The notes beneath the pieces were generated by a model. That model had not been told where the DNA came from. It saw only the letters and a list, made by a program, of their open reading frames with translations, and searched no databases. Position numbers and translations under genes: made by a program. Shown in pieces: positions 35,444 to 35,868 of a stretch of 35,868 nt of DNA (position 1 is the first letter of the stretch; every line of letters starts with the position of its first letter). This stretch comes from Bugula neritina (lineage: Eukaryota > Animalia > Bryozoa): the NCBI GenBank assembly GCA_964035545.1, contig CAXIUT010000239.1, positions 1 through 35,868 of the forward strand, read 5' to 3'.

Positions 35444-35780
35444 AATAGCTAAACTTATTTGATATAAATGATTTTGGTCTTTGAATTTATAATAGGATAG
35501 TCTAACTAATACCGATATTTTATAAAGAACTTTAAAAAATCTACTAGTTTTATCAGTTTATTATTATATCTCTTTTAATCAAGATAATCTATGTTGCTTC
35601 TTGCAAGGTCAATAAACTAGATATATATTTATCCTTACGTTACATATTTATTTTATAATAGACTCATCAGTTCAATCTAGTACAAATATATGAATCAAAT
35701 AAATATGATTTTATTTAAGAAAACCATCTTTAACAATTACTATCCAATAGAATAGAACAAAATATTTTTAAATAAAATAA

Positions 35781-35868
35781 TGGGGTTGGGGTTGGGGTTG
35801 GGGTTGGGGTTGGGGTTGGGGTTGGGGTTGGGGTTGGGGTTGGGGTTGGGGTTGGGGTTGGGGTTGGG
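35781..35868 (+). repeat. Right telomere T(GGGGTT)14GGG
   Basis: Perfect T2G4 repeats at the window end. Confidence 0.98.

Noticed and set aside
1-35868. tRNA, rRNA or transposase genes
   Set aside because: None recognised. Almost all non-repeat sequence is accounted for by protein-coding genes, though small ncRNAs could be missed without a covariance search.

Overview
This window is a telomere-to-telomere, AT-rich ciliate macronuclear chromosome (C4A2/T2G4 telomeres at both ends), most likely from a peritrich. It uses the UAA/UAG=Glu nuclear code (NCBI table 30) with UGA as the only stop, so the supplied ORF track is mostly fragments and antisense shadows. Re-translating by hand gives 25 complete, very tightly packed genes plus probable gene fragments at both telomeres. 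Recognisable products: Aurora-like kinase, F-BAR/SBF2-like protein, RAP-domain protein, CK1-like pseudokinase, monoglyceride-lipase-like hydrolase, selenoprotein K with a SECIS, voltage-sensor/adenylyl-cyclase-like protein, SLC25 carrier, TFIIE-beta, NAD synthetase, centrin, mid-SUN protein and pectinacetylesterase. Main observations: (1) all 16 inferred introns are exactly 20 nt, and 15 of 16 have an A six bases from the 3' end; (2) 24 of 26 stops are UGA-U while the Sec codon of SelK is UGA-G, and SelK has three in-frame UGAs just upstream of its SECIS; (3) two full-length telomere tracts lie inside the chromosome in the same phase as the terminal ones, one occupying the spacer slot of a repeat array; (4) ~20-bp minisatellite arrays occur only downstream of gene 3' ends; (5) four enzymes have lost catalytic residues. 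All gene models and family assignments come from manual translation and motif recognition, with no database search.
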